Assembly: GCA_963731785.1 (NCBI GenBank)
Contig: CAVSWX010000021.1
Coordinates: 1,893-65,892 of the forward strand
DNA from: an uncultured Acidobacteriota bacterium
GTDB taxonomy: Bacteria > Acidobacteriota > Vicinamibacteria > Vicinamibacterales > UBA2999
DNA length: 64,000 bases
Direction of reading: 5' to 3'
Shown here: positions 61,877 through 64,000 of the stretch, in pieces
Position numbering within the stretch: position 1 is the first letter of the stretch
Layout of the letters: the number at the start of each line of letters is the position of its first letter
Translations under genes and position numbers: made by a program
Notes under the pieces: generated by a model
Seen by the model: only the letters and a program-made list of their open reading frames with translations
What the model was told of the DNA's origin: nothing
The model's database searches: none

Positions 61877-64000
61877 ATGCGCCGACAGTTCCTGATCGTC
61901 AGTGTCCTCATGTGCCTGCATGTGCCGCTCATGGCGCAGAGCCAGACCGCAACGATTCGGGTGCAGGTCCGCGCGGCCGACAAGCCTGTCGTGGCGGCTG
62001 AAGTCCTGGTGGCCGGCGCGACGCACCAGACCGACGCGTCGGGCAGCGTGACCGCGACGGTCACGCCGGGCGCAGTCGAGCTCGTCGTCGTGAAGGCCGG
62101 CTACGTCGCGGCGACCGCGTCGGTTCAAGTGGCCGCCGGCTCACTGCAGGACGTCGTGGTGGATCTGCAGCCAGAGCCCACCGTCGAAGAGACGGTGACG
62201 GTCTCGAGCACTCGCACCGACAAGCGGCTCGATGACCAACCGATGCGGGTGGAGGTCGTGCCGGGGGAAGAAGTCCAGGAGAAGCTGATGATGACGCCTG
62301 GCGACGTCTCGATGCTGCTCAACGAGACCAACGGGCTGCGCGTGCAGACGACCTCTCCCTCGCTCGGCGGGGCGAATGTGCGTATCCAGGGCCTTCGCGG
62401 CCGATACACGCAGATCCTGGCCGACGGTCTCCCGCTGTATGGCGGACAGACCGGGTCAATCGGGCTGCTGCAGATTCCGCCCATGGATCTCGGGCAAGTG
62501 GAGGTGATCAAGGGCGTAGCGTCAGCGCTCTACGGCATGTCGGCAATCGGCGGCGTGGTCAATCTCGTGTCGCGACGCCCGCCCGCCGAGGGTCATGAGG
62601 CGGAAGTGCTCGTGAATCAGACGAGCCATGTGGGAACCGACATCGTCAACTGGCTCGCCGCGCCGCTCGGCGCCCGCTGGGGCTACACCTTCGTCGGTGG
62701 CGGTCATTTCGCAGAACGATCCGACTTGGATGACGACGGCTGGACCGACCTGCCCACGTACCGCCGCGTGGTCGCGAGGCCGCGGTTGTTCTGGGAGGAC
62801 GGCCGGGGCAAGTCGCTCCTGCTCGCCGTCGGTGGCATGGCTGAGGAACGCAAGGGTGGCACGATGCCCGGCTTCCAGATGCCGGACGGCGAGCCATTCG
62901 AAGAGAGTCTCGACACGAAGCGCGTGGACGCCGGCGCGGTCCTGCGAGTGAGCACCTCGAATGGCATCGTCGTCAGCGCACGGGGGAGCGGCACGCGTCA
63001 GGCGCACACGCACACGTTCGGCTCCGTTATCGAGCGCGACACGCACCAGACCGTGTTCGGTGAGATGTCAGCCACGGGCGTCGCCGGGCGTCACACCTGG
63101 GTGGCCGGCGGAGCGCTGCAGTACGAGCGCTATGACGCTCGCGACGTGCCCCGGTTCAACTACACCCACACGGTTCCCGGTGTGTTCGTGCAGGACGACT
63201 TCACAGCCGCGGACTGGTTCACGCTCTCGGCAAGCGCGCGCCTCGATCGCCACAACGAGTTCGGTGCGTTCGCCAGTCCACGTGTCTCGGTGTTGTTGCG
63301 GCCGTCCGAGCCGTGGACGGTCCGCGTATCGGCCGGGCGCGGGTATTTCGCGCCAACGCCATTCACGGAAGAGACGGAGGCCACCGGTCTCTCGAGAGTC
63401 GCCCCTCTCGGGGAGCTCGAGACGGAGCGAGCCGACAGCGTCTCGGCGGACGTGACCTGGTCGCGCGCGCCGTTCGAGGTGACCGTGACGTTCTTCGCTT
63501 CGCGGATCGACGGAGCGCTTGCCGTCGTGGAGACCGGCCGCCCGGATTTTCCGATCGCGATCGTCAACTCCAATGGGCTCACGCAGACTCGCGGGACCGA
63601 ATTCATCGCGCGCCGCCACGTCGAGGGCTTCGACCTGATCCTGACCCACATGTATCTCTGGTCGGAGGAGCCCAATCCGGATGCTCCCGGTCGGCGCGAG
63701 ATACCCCTGAACCCGCGTCACGCGGCGACATTCGATCTGCTGCGTGAGTTCGGTCCCGCGCGCGTCGGGTTCGAGGTGTTCTATACGGGCCGCCAATCTC
63801 TCGACGACAATCCCTATCGCGACCACGGCTTTCCCTACGTCCTCTACGGAGGACTCATCGATTGGGCCATCGGCCGCGCCAGGATTTTCTTGAACGTCGA
63901 GAACCTCGGCGATGTTCGTCAGACGCATGAGGACCCGTTGGTTCGGCCAACCAGAGCGCCTGACGGCCGATGGACCGTGGACGCCTGGGCACCCCTCGAA
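61877..64000 (+). CDS. TonB-dependent receptor with N-terminal carboxypeptidase-regulatory-like domain; the 3' end lies outside the window
   Basis: Own translation (edge ORF, absent from the track), open from ATG 61877 to the window end (708 codons, no stop). MRRQFLIVSVLMCLHVPLMAQSQTATIRVQVRAADKPVVAAEVLVAG...; plug: ETVTVSSTRTDKRLDDQPMRVEVV...NVRIQGLRGRYTQILADGLPLYG...VEVIKGVASALYGMSAIGGVVNLVSRRP; barrel strands ...TRGTEFIARRHVEGFDLILTHMYL... Confidence 0.85.
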   Translation, partial: MRRQFLIVSVLMCLHVPLMAQSQTATIRVQVRAADKPVVAAEVLVAGATHQTDASGSVTATVTPGAVELVVVKAGYVAATASVQVAAGSLQDVVVDLQPEPTVEETVTVSSTRTDKRLDDQPMRVEVVPGEEVQEKLMMTPGDVSMLLNETNGLRVQTTSPSLGGANVRIQGLRGRYTQILADGLPLYGGQTGSIGLLQIPPMDLGQVEVIKGVASALYGMSAIGGVVNLVSRRPPAEGHEAEVLVNQTSHVGTDIVNWLAAPLGARWGYTFVGGGHFAERSDLDDDGWTDLPTYRRVVARPRLFWEDGRGKSLLLAVGGMAEERKGGTMPGFQMPDGEPFEESLDTKRVDAGAVLRVSTSNGIVVSARGSGTRQAHTHTFGSVIERDTHQTVFGEMSATGVAGRHTWVAGGALQYERYDARDVPRFNYTHTVPGVFVQDDFTAADWFTLSASARLDRHNEFGAFASPRVSVLLRPSEPWTVRVSAGRGYFAPTPFTEETEATGLSRVAPLGELETERADSVSADVTWSRAPFEVTVTFFASRIDGALAVVETGRPDFPIAIVNSNGLTQTRGTEFIARRHVEGFDLILTHMYLWSEEPNPDAPGRREIPLNPRHAATFDLLREFGPARVGFEVFYTGRQSLDDNPYRDHGFPYVLYGGLIDWAIGRARIFLNVENLGDVRQTHEDPLVRPTRAPDGRWTVDAWAPLE

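Overview
The window is a high-GC (roughly 68-70% by eye) bacterial chromosomal segment with about 55 protein-coding genes. I found no rRNA, tRNA, CRISPR array, integrase or transposase. The gene content suggests an Acidobacteria-like soil bacterium, which is inference only. It includes carboxypeptidase-regulatory-like TonB-dependent receptors, cytochrome-c-linked PQQ beta-propeller dehydrogenases, many secreted MBL-fold and Pro-rich proteins, an ECF sigma/anti-sigma pair and an RND efflux pump. Housekeeping or metabolic genes I recognise are hmgA, thrA, a quinone oxidoreductase, a BKACE enzyme, an ABC-2 exporter, pirin, DinB, VOC and CMD proteins. CAVEAT: more than half of the genes are broken by 1-nt indels as assembled. 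The essential thrA alone needs at least 8 frame changes. I read these as assembly or homopolymer errors rather than real pseudogenes. I therefore give whole-gene spans reconstructed by joining ORF fragments across frames, and the ends of frameshifted genes are approximate. The main hunt result is an 11-kb stretch (26.3-37.2 kb) with three effector domains typical of cell-suicide and conflict systems, and no known sensor partner. (1) A TIR domain protein with a TM helix and two extracytoplasmic beta-sandwich repeats. (2) An operon of outer-membrane beta-barrel, beta-sandwich+caspase(C14) and a small polytopic membrane protein. (3) A patatin-like phospholipase whose catalytic motifs are split by about 2.2 kb of polytopic membrane sequence, followed by about 1.1 kb of unassigned coding sequence. 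Other notable items: an operon of ParB-N + degenerate kinase-like domain, RodZ-like HTH and SpoIIE/PP2C phosphatase; a dispersed 9-bp-periodic repeat family (GGTCAGGTA-like) with an associated GC hairpin, always at gene 3' ends; a 49-nt duplication of the thrA 3' end flanking a 1.5-kb two-gene insertion; a four-member paralogous secreted protein family; and a NodIJ-like exporter with methyl- and sulfotransferase genes.
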